NCBI RefSeq assembly: GCF_006345805.1
Contig: NC_043004.1
Location: 32,488,001-32,552,000, forward strand
Length of the DNA stretch: 64,000 nt
Source: Octopus sinensis
Taxonomy: Eukaryota
Direction of reading: 5' to 3'
Shown here: in pieces, positions 13,391-25,315 of the stretch
Numbering within the stretch: position 1 is the first letter of the stretch
How the letters are laid out: the number at the start of each line of letters is the position of its first letter
The notes under the pieces: generated by a model
Seen by the model: the letters and a program-made list of their open reading frames with translations, nothing else
What the model was told of the DNA's origin: nothing
Databases searched by the model: none
Made by a program: the position numbers and the translations under genes

Positions 13391-13944
13391 CTATAGACAC
13401 AAGGCCTGAAATTTTGAGGAAAGGCCCTAAAAAAAAAAGGAAACAAGCAGAAAAGGTATCGCAGGGGCGATGCATACTCTGCGCAAAGATAAAGTTATTT
13501 CAGTGCGATTTACAATACCTTGCTTACCCATGTTTTTTAATTGAACTGAATTAACTTTTTTTTTAAGTATCACCATTATAAGTATTTGTACTCCGGTGAA
13601 ATTAAGAAATCAACTTGTAAATAAACGAAACCCTCGAATCCATCATTGTACACACACACACACACACACAGAGTCGCATATCTATGTATTATGTACGCTC
13701 ACATGCCTACGCGCATAGGTACACCATGATCTATACACACGCAGATGAGGGTCGATTCATATGAAAAAGAAAGTGAACAAAATGAAATACTTATAACAAA
13801 TATTGCATAGAATTTGATAAGTGCTTCACCATTATAGGTATTTATACTCTGGTGGAATTAAGAAATCAACTCGTAAATAAACGAAACCCTCGAATCCATC
13901 ACTGTACACACGCACACACACACACACATACGCACATGCGCACG

Positions 13945-13990
<46 letters not shown>

Positions 13991-14029
13991 CACATATCCA
14001 CGTATATGTTTATGTAAGTTTGAAGATAA

Positions 14030-14190
14030 TCAAACCAAATTTTCATAATTTCGAGAAATGAGTATTTCTGCCAAATTTGGTGAAAATCTGTTCAGCCATT
14101 TTTAAGTAATTTTGAAAACACACAGGCAAACAGACAAACACGAGTGATTACAATACCCTGCCTTCGCTTACACGCGCAAGGTAGTAATAA
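14030..14190 (+). mobile_element. Possible Helentron-associated (DINE-1-like) 3' terminal fragment
   Basis: ..ACAGACAAACACGAGTGATTACAATACCCTGCCTTCGCTTACACGCGCAAGGTAGT-(AAT)n; CAGACA motif followed by a terminal stem-loop (TACC..GGTA). Confidence 0.4.
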
Positions 14191-14195
14191 TAAAG

Positions 14196-14243
<48 letters not shown>

Positions 14244-14312
14244 GTGATAATAATAATAATAATAACAACAACAACAACAGCAACAACAATAATAATAATA
14301 ATAATAATAATG

Positions 14313-14388
<76 letters not shown>

Positions 14389-14420
14389 CAATAACAACAA
14401 CAGCAACAACAACAACAATA

Positions 14421-14472
<52 letters not shown>

Positions 14473-14478
<6 letters not shown>

Positions 14479-16043
14479 CAGCTGGAAACACTATTAAAGA
14501 CAGTTCATGGATTTACCAAAGAAATATATATGAAATTTGGATTAGAAAAATGCACCAAAGTAACCCTGAAAAGAGGAAAACTAGTTAAGAGTAGAAACAT
14601 CACACTAGATAAAACCAATGAAATAAAAGAATTAGACCAAAGTCAAACTTACAAATACTTAGGAATCCATGAACTAGATAAGACACAACACACACAAATG
14701 AAAGAGAAAATAAAAAGAATATTATAGATGAGTTAGATCAATACTAAAAACAGAGCTCAATGCTAAAAACAAGATAATAGGTATAACACTTTAGCCGTCC
14801 AGTTATAAGTTACAGCTACAATATCCTTAACTGGACACTAAATGAACTGACCAAAATAGATAGGAAAACAAGAAAAATAATGACAGGATCTAGGATGCAT
14901 CACCCAAAATCTGACATAGAAAGACTATATATACAACGTATAGAAGGTGGTAGAGGCCTTATACAGCTGGAAAACTACTATAAAATAACCACCATAGGGC
15001 TGCAAAAATATCTACTTCAGAAGGAAGGAAAACTGATACAAATAACGGCAAAACACGAGCAAAACAAGAAACTGTTCTCAGTATTTAAGGAAGCTGACAA
15101 ATACAAACAAGAAATCATACCACCATGAAGAAGAAGAAGAAGAAGAAGAAGAAGAAGAAGAAGAAGAAGAAGAAGAAGAAGAAATAACAAAAGCTATAAA
15201 ACAAATGAAATCCAAACTAAAACTAAAACAGCAAAGAACCATGATAAAACGATGGCAAGAAAATCCCCTTCATGGTAAATACTGGACTAAACTAAATGCA
15301 AAAGAAATAGACAAAGAAAATTCCCAGCAATGGTTGAGAAGCTCAGGACTCAAAGCAGAGACAGAGGGATTTTTAATTGCAGCACAAGACCAAAGCCCCC
15401 CCCCCCCCGAAATTACCAAACTGCAGAATATGTGGAGATGGACGAGAAACAATAAATTATATTATCTCTAGCTGCCCAGTCCTGGCTAAGAAGGTATATA
15501 TTCACAGACACGACAGAGTTGGGACCTACATACACTGGAAGCTATGCCAACATTATGGAATAACAACAGAAAAAAGATGGTATAATCACACACCAGAAAA
15601 GGTCACAGATAGAGAAATTAAGGCCAACAGACCAGATATAGTTGTCAGAGATCATGAAGAAAAAAATGCTTTCTAATTGATGTATCAATACCAGCAGCTG
15701 ACAACGTGTCTCTAAAAGAAATGGAGAAACTTTCAAAATACAAAGACCTGGAAATAGAGGCAACCAGAATGTGGAATCTAAAAACAGAAACAATTCCTAT
15801 CATAGTAGGTGCATTAGGCATGATAAAAAAATATTCAGACAAATACATAACAAAAACACCAGGACTTACAAACACATATAACATACAGAAAATTGCACTA
15901 CTAGGCACTGCACACAACCTACGCAGAACACTTTCCATACAATAACCATCAGAGCATCACAACAAATCACAGCGCATATCCAAGGCACACAGAGCTGCGC
16001 TCGGTAGTGAAGTGAAAGCACGCTCTAAAAATAAAACTACTGA
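14473..16043 (+). mobile_element. R4/Dong-clade non-LTR retrotransposon, 5'-truncated copy 1
   Basis: KFGLEKC, YKYLG, GGRGL, CRICG (CCHC), RHD, NRPDIV, EKLSKYKDLEIE (restriction-like endonuclease); flanked by (TAA)n on both sides; several indels. Confidence 0.9.
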
Positions 16044-16046
16044 ATG

Positions 16047-16114
<68 letters not shown>

Positions 16115-16115
<1 letters not shown>

Positions 16116-16495
16116 TTATACATAAGGAAAAGTGTAGTTGCTTTCTGATCGACCCATCATGCCTGTTTGATTACAGGATTGTAAAGAAAGAGGAAAAGAA
16201 AAACAAAACAATTCCTTAAAATTTGAAATAGGAAGAATTTGGAGCATGCGCACAGTAAACATCGTGCCTATAATAATTGGTGTGATGGAAACAGTAAGCA
16301 AAGATCTAGACAAATGGCTGAATGAGATGGAAATAGAATGCCCGGTAGAGCTCCTACAGAAAGTTTGTCTTTTAGGGAAAGTAAGGATTATCAGAAGGGT
16401 TCCAAGCACTTGAAAGACTGCTGAAAACTTGTGGATGCCTAACCCATATAAATCCTACCAGGAATAAGACCAAGCCTGAACAAACAACAAAGAAA
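16115..16495 (+). mobile_element. Second R4-like family, endonuclease C-terminal fragment
   Basis: CFLIDPSC..LKFEIGRIWSMRTVNIVPIIIGVMETV..LQKVCLLGKVRIIRRV parallels the Dong C-terminus but is clearly divergent; flanked by (TAA)n. Confidence 0.7.
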
Positions 16496-16504
16496 ATAAT
16501 AATG

Positions 16505-16553
<49 letters not shown>

Positions 16554-16589
16554 TGATGATGATGATGATGATGATGATAATAATAATAA

Positions 16590-17140
16590 ATGCCTTGATG
16601 CACTACCAGTCAGTGACTCTCATGGCTTTTGATCTTAATTGATCGGAAGTGTTATCATGTACATTGTTTTGTCTTGGTATAAAAGATGGGCTACAGCAAA
16701 TATTCTGCTCAATACCACAGATTTGCTTGTCAGTTGTTTGACCTTAACCTGTTGAGCATGTCACTTGGTGGCTGATGATATGTGCAACTCTGATCACGAG
16801 CAGAAGTAGTGGGGGAGCATCATAGTCGTGTGCTGAGAGGAATTCATTGGGGGTTTCAGTAATTCACCTCTGGAAACATGGTTGTTTCATTTGTCATCCT
16901 TAAACAACTCTTTTTCAGGGACCTTTTGAGTGGGTTGGGCTGCTCGACCTGAAAATTCTAACTGGGCCCCACCAGAGGTCATGCGCTGTTTATCTTGATA
17001 TGAGATCACTATGTCGCGCACATATGTCTTTGATGCCTGGTGTACCCTTATCAGATGGATAGTCATGATGGTATACTGGGCTTCATATATTTTACCCCCA
17101 GTGTCACTTTGATGGCATGCAGTACTCTCTTACTCACTCA
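16590..17140. mobile_element. Non-coding ~550-bp element inserted in the (TAA)n array
   Basis: Sharp boundaries with (TAA/TGA)n on both sides, no ORF; recalled as an abundant octopus repeat (not verified). Confidence 0.5.
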
Positions 17141-17226
17141 ATAATAATAACAATAAAATAATAATAATAACGATAATAATAATAATAATAATGATAATAA
17201 TAATAATAATAATAATGATAATAATA

Positions 17227-18198
17227 ATACCACCTAATAAACATGAAGAAGAAGAAGAAGATGAAGAAACAACAAAAGCTATAAAACAAATGAAATCCAA
17301 ACTAAAAATAGAACAGCAACGAACCATGATAAAACGATGGCAAGAAAAGCCCCTTCATGGTAAATACTGGACTAAACTAAATGCAAAAGAAATAGACAAA
17401 GAAAAATCCCAGCAATGGTTGAGAAGCTCAGGACTCAAAGCAGAAACAGAGGGATTTTTAATTGCAGCACAAGACCAAAGCCTCCCCACCAGAAATACCA
17501 AAAACATGTAATGAAAAGAAATATTACAAGTAACTGCAGAATATGTGGAGATGGACGAGAAACAATAAATCATATTATCTCTAGCTGCCCAGTCCTGGCT
17601 AAGAAGGAATATATTCACAGACATGACAGAGTTGGAACCTACATACATTGGAAGCTATGCCAACATTATGGAATAACAACAGAAAAAAGATGGTATAGGC
17701 ACACACCAGAAAAGGTCACAGAAAACGAGAAAGCAACCATACTCTGGGATATGCCGATACACACAGATAGAGAAATTAAGGCCAACAGACCAGATATAGT
17801 TGTCAGAGACCATGAAGAAAAAAAATGCTTTCTAATTGATGTATCAATACCGGCTGATGACAACGTGTCTCTAAAAGAAATGGAGAAACTCTCAAAATAC
17901 AAAGACCTGGAAATAGAGGTAACTAGAATGTGGAATCTGAAAACAGAAACAATTCCTATCATAGTAGGTGCATTAGGCATGATAAAAAAATATTCAGACA
18001 AATACATAACAAAAACACCAGGACTTACAAACACATATAACATACAGAAAATTGCACTACTAGGCACTGCACACATCCTACGCAGAACACTTTCCATACA
18101 ATAACCATCAGAGCATCACAACAAATCACAGCACATACCCAAGGCACACAGAGCTGCGCTCGGTAGTGAAGTGAAAGCACGCTATAAAAATAAAACTA

Positions 18199-18203
<5 letters not shown>
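17227..18203 (+). mobile_element. R4/Dong-clade non-LTR retrotransposon, 5'-truncated copy 2
   Basis: ORFs 17191-17511 and 17415-18104 join across one 1-nt deletion near 17496; intact CRICGDGRETINHIISSC, NRPDIV, LIDVSIP; 3' end AAAATAAAACTACTG then (AAT)n, as in copy 1. Confidence 0.92.
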
Positions 18204-18251
<48 letters not shown>

Positions 18252-20404
18252 TAATAATAATAATGGGGATGGTTTCGAATTTTACCTCAAAGCGATCGAT
18301 TTCATGGAGAGGGGATTAATTGATATAATCGATCCGCAATATTTGACTGATGTTTTATTTTATCGATTGCGGAGAGATGAACAGCAAAGTTGATTTCGGC
18401 GACAAATGAGGCCGGCTTTGCCTTTCATCCTTCCAGGGTCGTTAAAATAAAGCACAATCAAAGTAGCAAAACCAACAGCGCAACCAACACACTAAGCGGG
18501 TCTAACAATCACTCTTTCCGCAACTCCATCTCTTTCATCTATACCCCTAAGTATATCAAATACCTCTTACATTGCTTTTGTAGATCACCCTGAAGGCACC
18601 TGTCTCGATAGTGGATTGCCTTTTTGCCTATCATTTCCGTTCGGCAGATCCTATGGCTTGCCACCTTTTCTATTTTGGTCGTACCTATCAAGTCAATTAC
18701 TTGGCTTCTCACCTTCGCAGGGAACTAGAACTTACTCTCCTTCTGGAACTTTCCAACCATACAATTTAAATCCTCATTTTTTCTTTAACACTATTGTTGT
18801 TGTTTCGGTATATTTACAAAAACCTTCCAGATGTGTCATTTTGTCTCTTTCAACAGAAAATAAAAAATACAAGTACATACATACACACACGCAAGCATTA
18901 CTCACCCAGAAGACATCACCACACCGTATTTTCCTAAACATGAGCAGCTCGCAACAAACATTTTTACGGTCACTGCAAATGTTAAGCTTCATTATCATCG
19001 AAGTTCTCCTCCTCAACGTTGTTCGATCTGTGTCTCAAAGACTGATCATTCTGTCCAGGATAAGAAGATACTTCGCCGCTCCCCAACAATTATTCAGAAA
19101 TAAATCTATAGAATTTGCAGTGTGACTTTTTTTTTATTTTAAGATTGCTTAATGTGACAAATTTGTTTTTAGGCTGGGGTCTCTGGCTGCTATTTTTAGC
19201 AGATGGGCGACAGTATAGCGTTGTCTATAGACCTTGATGGTATTTTCGCCCTGAATGAATATAGACGAAGGAATGAAACACCGCATGGCATTTCGCCAGT
19301 TCTCTCTACCATTTCTGGCGTTCGATTGCTATGAAATAAAAATAATAAGATTAGGAAAATAAAGACCCCAAAAAAAAAAAAGGAAAAGAAAAGAAAAAAT
19401 ATTGATCAGACTCTGAGTGCGATCGAGTTATGTACTTGACCTTTCGGATTTTAGGTAATTCATCAATGAAGTGTTAACTCTGTTGACTTTAGTAAGATGT
19501 CCATGACTTTTAGCGGAGTGACTACGCTGAGAGTTACACTTACAAATGAAACTTGAGTTGCAGCCCTCATTCACTCGGTAACTCACCATTTACGTTACAA
19601 CATTCTCCTTCATTTACATAAAATATATTATTCTCTTTTATAAGTGTGTGTGGTTTAAGGAAGTTAACTATGGAATAACATCGATGACAGAACTGAAAAT
19701 TTTAACATGGTGAAACTACAATAATTGGAGAGTTGCAGTTTTGGCAAGTTTAACTATGGAAAGACATCAACGATATAATTGAAAATTTTAACATGATGAA
19801 ACATGGAGTGCCACACTTTTAACAGCGTAACTATGGAAGGAAGTTAATGAGGAATCTGGAAATTTTAGCATAACGAAGCAAGTTGGTGTGTTGTATTTTC
19901 AACAAACTATGTCTAATAACCATCAGATTATCCGATTACAGCCTCATCAGACGTACCCATCCCGCCATACTATAAAACATCCTCATCCTTGGACTGTGTG
20001 GTACTTCAAAGTTACCTGAGTGCTCGGAGCTCCGCCTGTTCTATGCCTATTATTTCTGGTAGCACACGTATTTTTCCTCTGACCCGCTTGAAGCAGTTTG
20101 GTGGATTTTTGGCCTGTCTCGGCACATTAATACCAATGCCACCTCCCCCATCCACCCACCCAAGTGGTCCAGGAACTCGCTCACTTCTCAAAACGTGACA
20201 TTTACCCAGGAGTGTAACTCTCATAAATCCACCGACCGAACTTCGAAGGATTTGTTCATGTATTGCAGATCCCTCCAGCTGCCCCACCACCAACAACTGC
20301 AATCACTCTACTGGTCATTTACATAAACATAAATAAATAAATGAAATAAATAAATAAATAAATAAATAAATAAATGAAATAAAATAAAATGAAGTAATTC
20401 ACCA

Positions 20405-20890
20405 CTAATTTTGCAAACTTCTCAGTCCCCAACAATTACTGGCGTTCTACAAGGCTTTAGTGAGGCCGACAATAAAATATATTGCTCCCACATTTGGGAC
20501 GGTGTGTGCTGTTAGCGCACACACAAGACTCCTGGACTGCATCCCGAGAAGGACCACTCAACTCATTAGCATAAATTCACTTGCAGACGCGATCCCGTAT
20601 CTGGCCCCATAAGTCTTGCTATGTCCTCTCTCTCAACGTTTTCTGCCGCTCCTATAATGGCTTATAATCCTCAAATCTGCCTAGTATCGTGCCGTCTCCC
20701 CTCAGGCATTCTTGACGCATTCACTTCCTCTACTTTCATTACTCAATGTTGTGTCCTATCCACCAAACCCGCACTAACCTCTACTTCTTCCTTCTTTCCT
20801 TCGCAGTATCCCAATTGACTGTAAACCCCTCCCCACCAATATTTTTCTGCAGTAGTCCATTTGCAATCTTCAGCGTACTTAAAAGGGACA
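20405..20890 (+). mobile_element. Degenerate CR1/L2-group LINE C-terminal fragment
   Basis: LSPQQLLAFYKALVRPTIKY.., LLDCIPRR, SLNVFCRSYNGL..LPSIVP, QTRTNLY match CR1-type post-RT motifs across frameshifts. Confidence 0.6.
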
Positions 20891-21444
20891 AATGGTGTGT
20901 TCTGTCCCAGGATGTTTTTTTTCTTCTTTTGGCGATGATGGTAGTGTGACTTTTGACGTATATTATGATGCATCATTCGTGGTGATGGCGCGGCAAACTC
21001 GAGGATTGCCGTGGACAGTCAGTACAAGCTCTCGATACGCTAAGGAAAACGTTAACCACATCGATCGCGCTTCTTTCAGATGGCATGTAAAATTCAACGA
21101 TATGGTTCCTTTTTCCCAGTTGAAGTCAATAAACCCAACCAACTCACCGAAGCGTTGTATCCCTCTTTAGTTTCCATCATCATCTTCATCATCAACCTCC
21201 GGATATTACTGTCTCAGGTCTTAGGGCTCATCAGGCAAGTTTATCTAGTTTCCATGGCGAATAAGTGACCGCGATGATAACATTCGTCCCGAACGGAACG
21301 TTGCAGCCGAATGGACTGGAACAATGTGAAATGAAATGTTTTACTCAAGACACACCACCACCACCCGGTCCGGGAATCGAAACTACAACCTTGCGACCGT
21401 GAGAGCAACACCCTAACCACTTAACCAAACGCCTCTGCTCAGTC

Positions 21445-21705
21445 TTTATTATACCTACCACAAAGGCCCCTGTTCTTGTGAACGCACCAACTGAAATGAC
21501 ATCCACTCTCCAAGACCCTCTCGGTGCTTTGATTTGGAGTAAGGGTTCTGAAGCGACAGGCCGTGGATCATTTGGTATCGGGCTGCAAAGAAAGAATAAA
21601 TCTTAAAATTTTATTTCTATCTTATTGGGTATCACAATTTGCAGGGTGCAAAATCTCGGTGGTGCTCCAGCAGGGCCAGAACCGGACGGCTTAAACGAAT
21701 AAAAA
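21445..21705 (+). mobile_element. Possible LINE 3' end with decayed CCHC finger
   Basis: CSC..APTEMTSTLQDP resembles a CxC..H.LQDC finger; ends GGTGGTGCTCCAGCAGGGCC..AATAAAA. Confidence 0.35.
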
Positions 21706-21781
21706 GATACATACATACCTACATACATACATACATACATATATATATATATATTTCTATACACATACATACATACATACA

Positions 21782-21813
<32 letters not shown>

Positions 21814-21814
21814 C

Positions 21815-21885
<71 letters not shown>

Positions 21886-22050
21886 TATATATAGTTATTT
21901 TCTAGATGGTATAATTTAATTTTTCATTATTGAATTGATGAAAGGTAGTTTTTTTCTAATTTATATATATATATATATTATATTTTGTGAAATTTGATTT
22001 AGTATTTCTAAATTGAATTTTTCCCTGTAAGTCTGGAATAATATTCCCTC

Positions 22051-22095
<45 letters not shown>

Positions 22096-22100
<5 letters not shown>

Positions 22101-22966
22101 GCGACTCCAGGTCATCAGCGTCATTCGGGCACATCACAAATTTCGCGTAAGATCCATGTATACAAGAAGATAAGAGACGTAATACACACCGCAGTCTTAC
22201 ATACGCACGGATAATTTAACAGTAAGCAAGTTTGCTGCTTCTCACGAAAGAATGTCTCACGTTTTTCCGAAATATTTCTAACCCCAAATTGCTTATTTAT
22301 TATATCTAGCACTATGTCTTTCTCTATTTCTAAGTTAAGGATAAAAAAATAAGGCAACCCTGCAAAACACAACTGATCTTTACGCACAGATGAACAGAAT
22401 AACAGCAATCAAATAACGACAGCGGAGTGCATAACTAACATCACTGATCTGAATGTCGCCTGTACTCTTGACAAGAGATGTCAGTCTTTTACACCTGCCA
22501 AGCTCATACATATTAGCCCGAGTTGCTGGATAATTTTTCGTTCCTTTAAGAATATTGTAGAACGGAAACTTTTCATAGACTGGAATTTAAACCCTAATCT
22601 CTATAGAAATTTATTATTTCAAAAAAACATTGAATTTGAATTACTTTTAATTTTTATGATCATAGATAACAACTTGGGCTGTGACTTCTGAGCCCGAGTC
22701 AGGCACATGTGAACGATGTCGAGAGAACGTCTGCTCCAAATTATATTTTTTTTTTACACAGGGTACCTCTAAGACCACCGCCAGACACTGAAGAAAAATA
22801 AATGAACTGCGACCAGGCCCAATAAAAAGAGCCCAAGTTATTGGCTGCAATTACAACCTTGAAGTCAGTGTTGGCAGTAATTAAATCGGCTTGCAAATAC
22901 ACATTCACTTTACGAAATTTGTACTTGAGCCAATCCTGAACAACCTGAGTGTTGGAGTCGCCACTG
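22096..22966. mobile_element. hAT-like non-autonomous DNA transposon (871 bp)
   Basis: TIRs CAGAGGCGACTCCAG (22096-22110) and rc CAGTGGCGACTCCAA (22952-22966), 13/15 match, shared subterminal ACAAATTTCG; no clear TSD. Confidence 0.6.
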
Positions 22967-23596
22967 ACGTATTGTATGTGTGTGTGTAATAATTAAATTA
23001 TATGTTATGCACTTTGTGCTTTGTCTTGTCATCCGCGTGATCTCCCCGTTTGTGAAAAAGTTGTCTTCTATGAGAGACGTCCGTAATGCAAAGAGAAAAA
23101 AAAAGCGCGCCAACGAATTAATGCTTTTGGTAGTAAAGGCATAAACATCACAGCTTCCCATTTTCTTCTTTTTCTAATATAAAAGCAAAATTTTCCAAAC
23201 GATTTTATTTGTCATTACTGAAAATTATATTTATTTTAGACGTTCGTGAAATACTTGTGACGTTAATGATGGATATGGGAGATGGAGGAGGAGGTGGTGG
23301 AGGAGGAGGAGGAGGAGGAGGAAGAAGAGGAGGAGGGACTTGGAAACGAAAGACAAAGTAGAAAAATAACCAAAACAAAAAAAAAAACCCTAGAACAATT
23401 ATTATCAGGAAAATATAACAGAAATAAAATCAAACAAAAGCCAAGATTTATGATTCTCGTCTCATCCTCCATTGAAGTCACTCTTTTTATTGGTTTATTT
23501 AAATATTTTATCGCTTCCAGATAGAAAGGCTTGACGTCATTTGTCACTGGAGATGGTGTGCGTACGTGTGTGTGTAGAGGGACTCGCGAGTGTGTG

Positions 23597-23639
<43 letters not shown>

Positions 23640-23685
23640 GTGGAAGAGGGAATTTTCACGTATATTGTATGATGTGTATCTGCGC

Positions 23686-23722
<37 letters not shown>

Positions 23723-23724
23723 GT

Positions 23725-23911
23725 GTGTGTGTGTGCAAATATACAGATATGTACATATGGTGTATATGTGTTTATGGGGGAGAGAAAAGGGGCGAGAGAG
23801 TTTTTAGGTGTGTATGTATGTGTGTGTGTATGTAGGTACGTGTGAGTGTGTATGTGCTGCGTGCATATTTGTGTGTGTGTGTGTAGGCGATGGAAAGAGC
23901 GGTGTTTCATG

Positions 23912-23945
<34 letters not shown>

Positions 23946-24096
23946 CAAGTATACAGATATGTACATACGGTGTATATGTGTTAATGGGGGGGGGCGGGGG
24001 GAGAAAGGGCGAGAGAATTTTCAGGTGTGTGTGTATGTATGTGTATGCGAGTGTGTATGTGCTGCGTGCATATTTGTGTGTGTGTGTATTTGTGTT

Positions 24097-24127
<31 letters not shown>

Positions 24128-24300
24128 GCGTGTGTGTGTGTGTGTACATATCTGCAAGTATACAGATATGTACATATGGTGTATATGTGTTTATGGGCGA
24201 GAGAGTTTTCAGGTGTGTATGTATGTGTGTGAGTGTGTATGTGCTGTGTGCATATTTGTGTGTGTGTGTATAGGTGATAGAAAGAGCAGTGTTTCATATG
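23725..24300. repeat. About 3 copies of a ~210-bp (GT)-rich higher-order unit
   Basis: ATACAGATATGTACATA(T/C)GGTGTATATGTGTT recurs near 23741, 23951 and 24160. Confidence 0.8.
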
Positions 24301-24500
24301 CGTGTGAGTGTGTGTGTGTATGGTTGGTGTGTTCCAAGGTCTCTGGTTGCAGAGACAATGTCACTTTGTCGTGTGAAACTGTTTAAGTAAACTTGAAGTT
24401 TACAAATCAATTGATGGACGTCAGTGTTAACCAAACGAAGATTGGAACTGACTAAACAGCCACCACCACCACCACCACCACCACCACCAACAACAACAAC

Positions 24501-24539
<39 letters not shown>

Positions 24540-24767
24540 CGACAACAGCAAAATAATAACAAGCAATATTTAATAATAATAATAATAATGATGATGATGA
24601 TGATAATAAAGTTAATTAGTTCGGTGTGCAAGTAAAGGTAAAAGAAAGTTGCAAAATGATTTGAAAGCAGGAAAATAGGAAGAAATATATAAGAAATCAA
24701 GAAATGAGATCGTTTGTTTTGTGCGCGCGCGTGCGTGTGTATATGGTGTGGGTATGTGTGTGCGATA

Positions 24768-24845
<78 letters not shown>

Positions 24846-24850
24846 GAGGG

Positions 24851-24889
<39 letters not shown>

Positions 24890-24892
24890 TAC

Positions 24893-24932
<40 letters not shown>

Positions 24933-25246
24933 TGTGTGTGTGTGTGTGAAAGAGTGTGCGTGTGAGTAGCTTCAAGATATACGCGGACCTAAATTACTGC
25001 TAATTAATTACATTGTCGTTGTCACCATTTTCACCTTGGTTGCCATCGTCATTTAAATCATTTTAAAGCTCTCCTTTTCCCTCGCTTTGAGCATATGTAC
25101 TTATCTATAATGCTTGCCTTGTCTTTCTTTTTATCCATTTATCAGCTCACCTCTTTCTCCACTTCATCTCTCTGTCTCTATCTAAATGTCTAACTATCGA
25201 TCTCCATCTCTTTGTCTATCAATTTACTCCTGTCTCACTCTTTCTC

Positions 25247-25315
<69 letters not shown>

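Noticed and set aside
14190-18265. Repeat-spacer-repeat layout reminiscent of a CRISPR array
   Set aside because: Eukaryotic context; repeats are variable-length (TAA)n and the spacers are retroelement fragments.
18616-19125. 169-aa plus ORF and a minus-strand G|GTGAGT donor near 18903
   Set aside because: No recognisable domain, no convincing acceptor, and stops in plausible exon frames.
19930-20400. Possible LINE 3' end with (AATA)n tail
   Set aside because: Only a faint PRSVTL..PTELR echo; not enough to assign.
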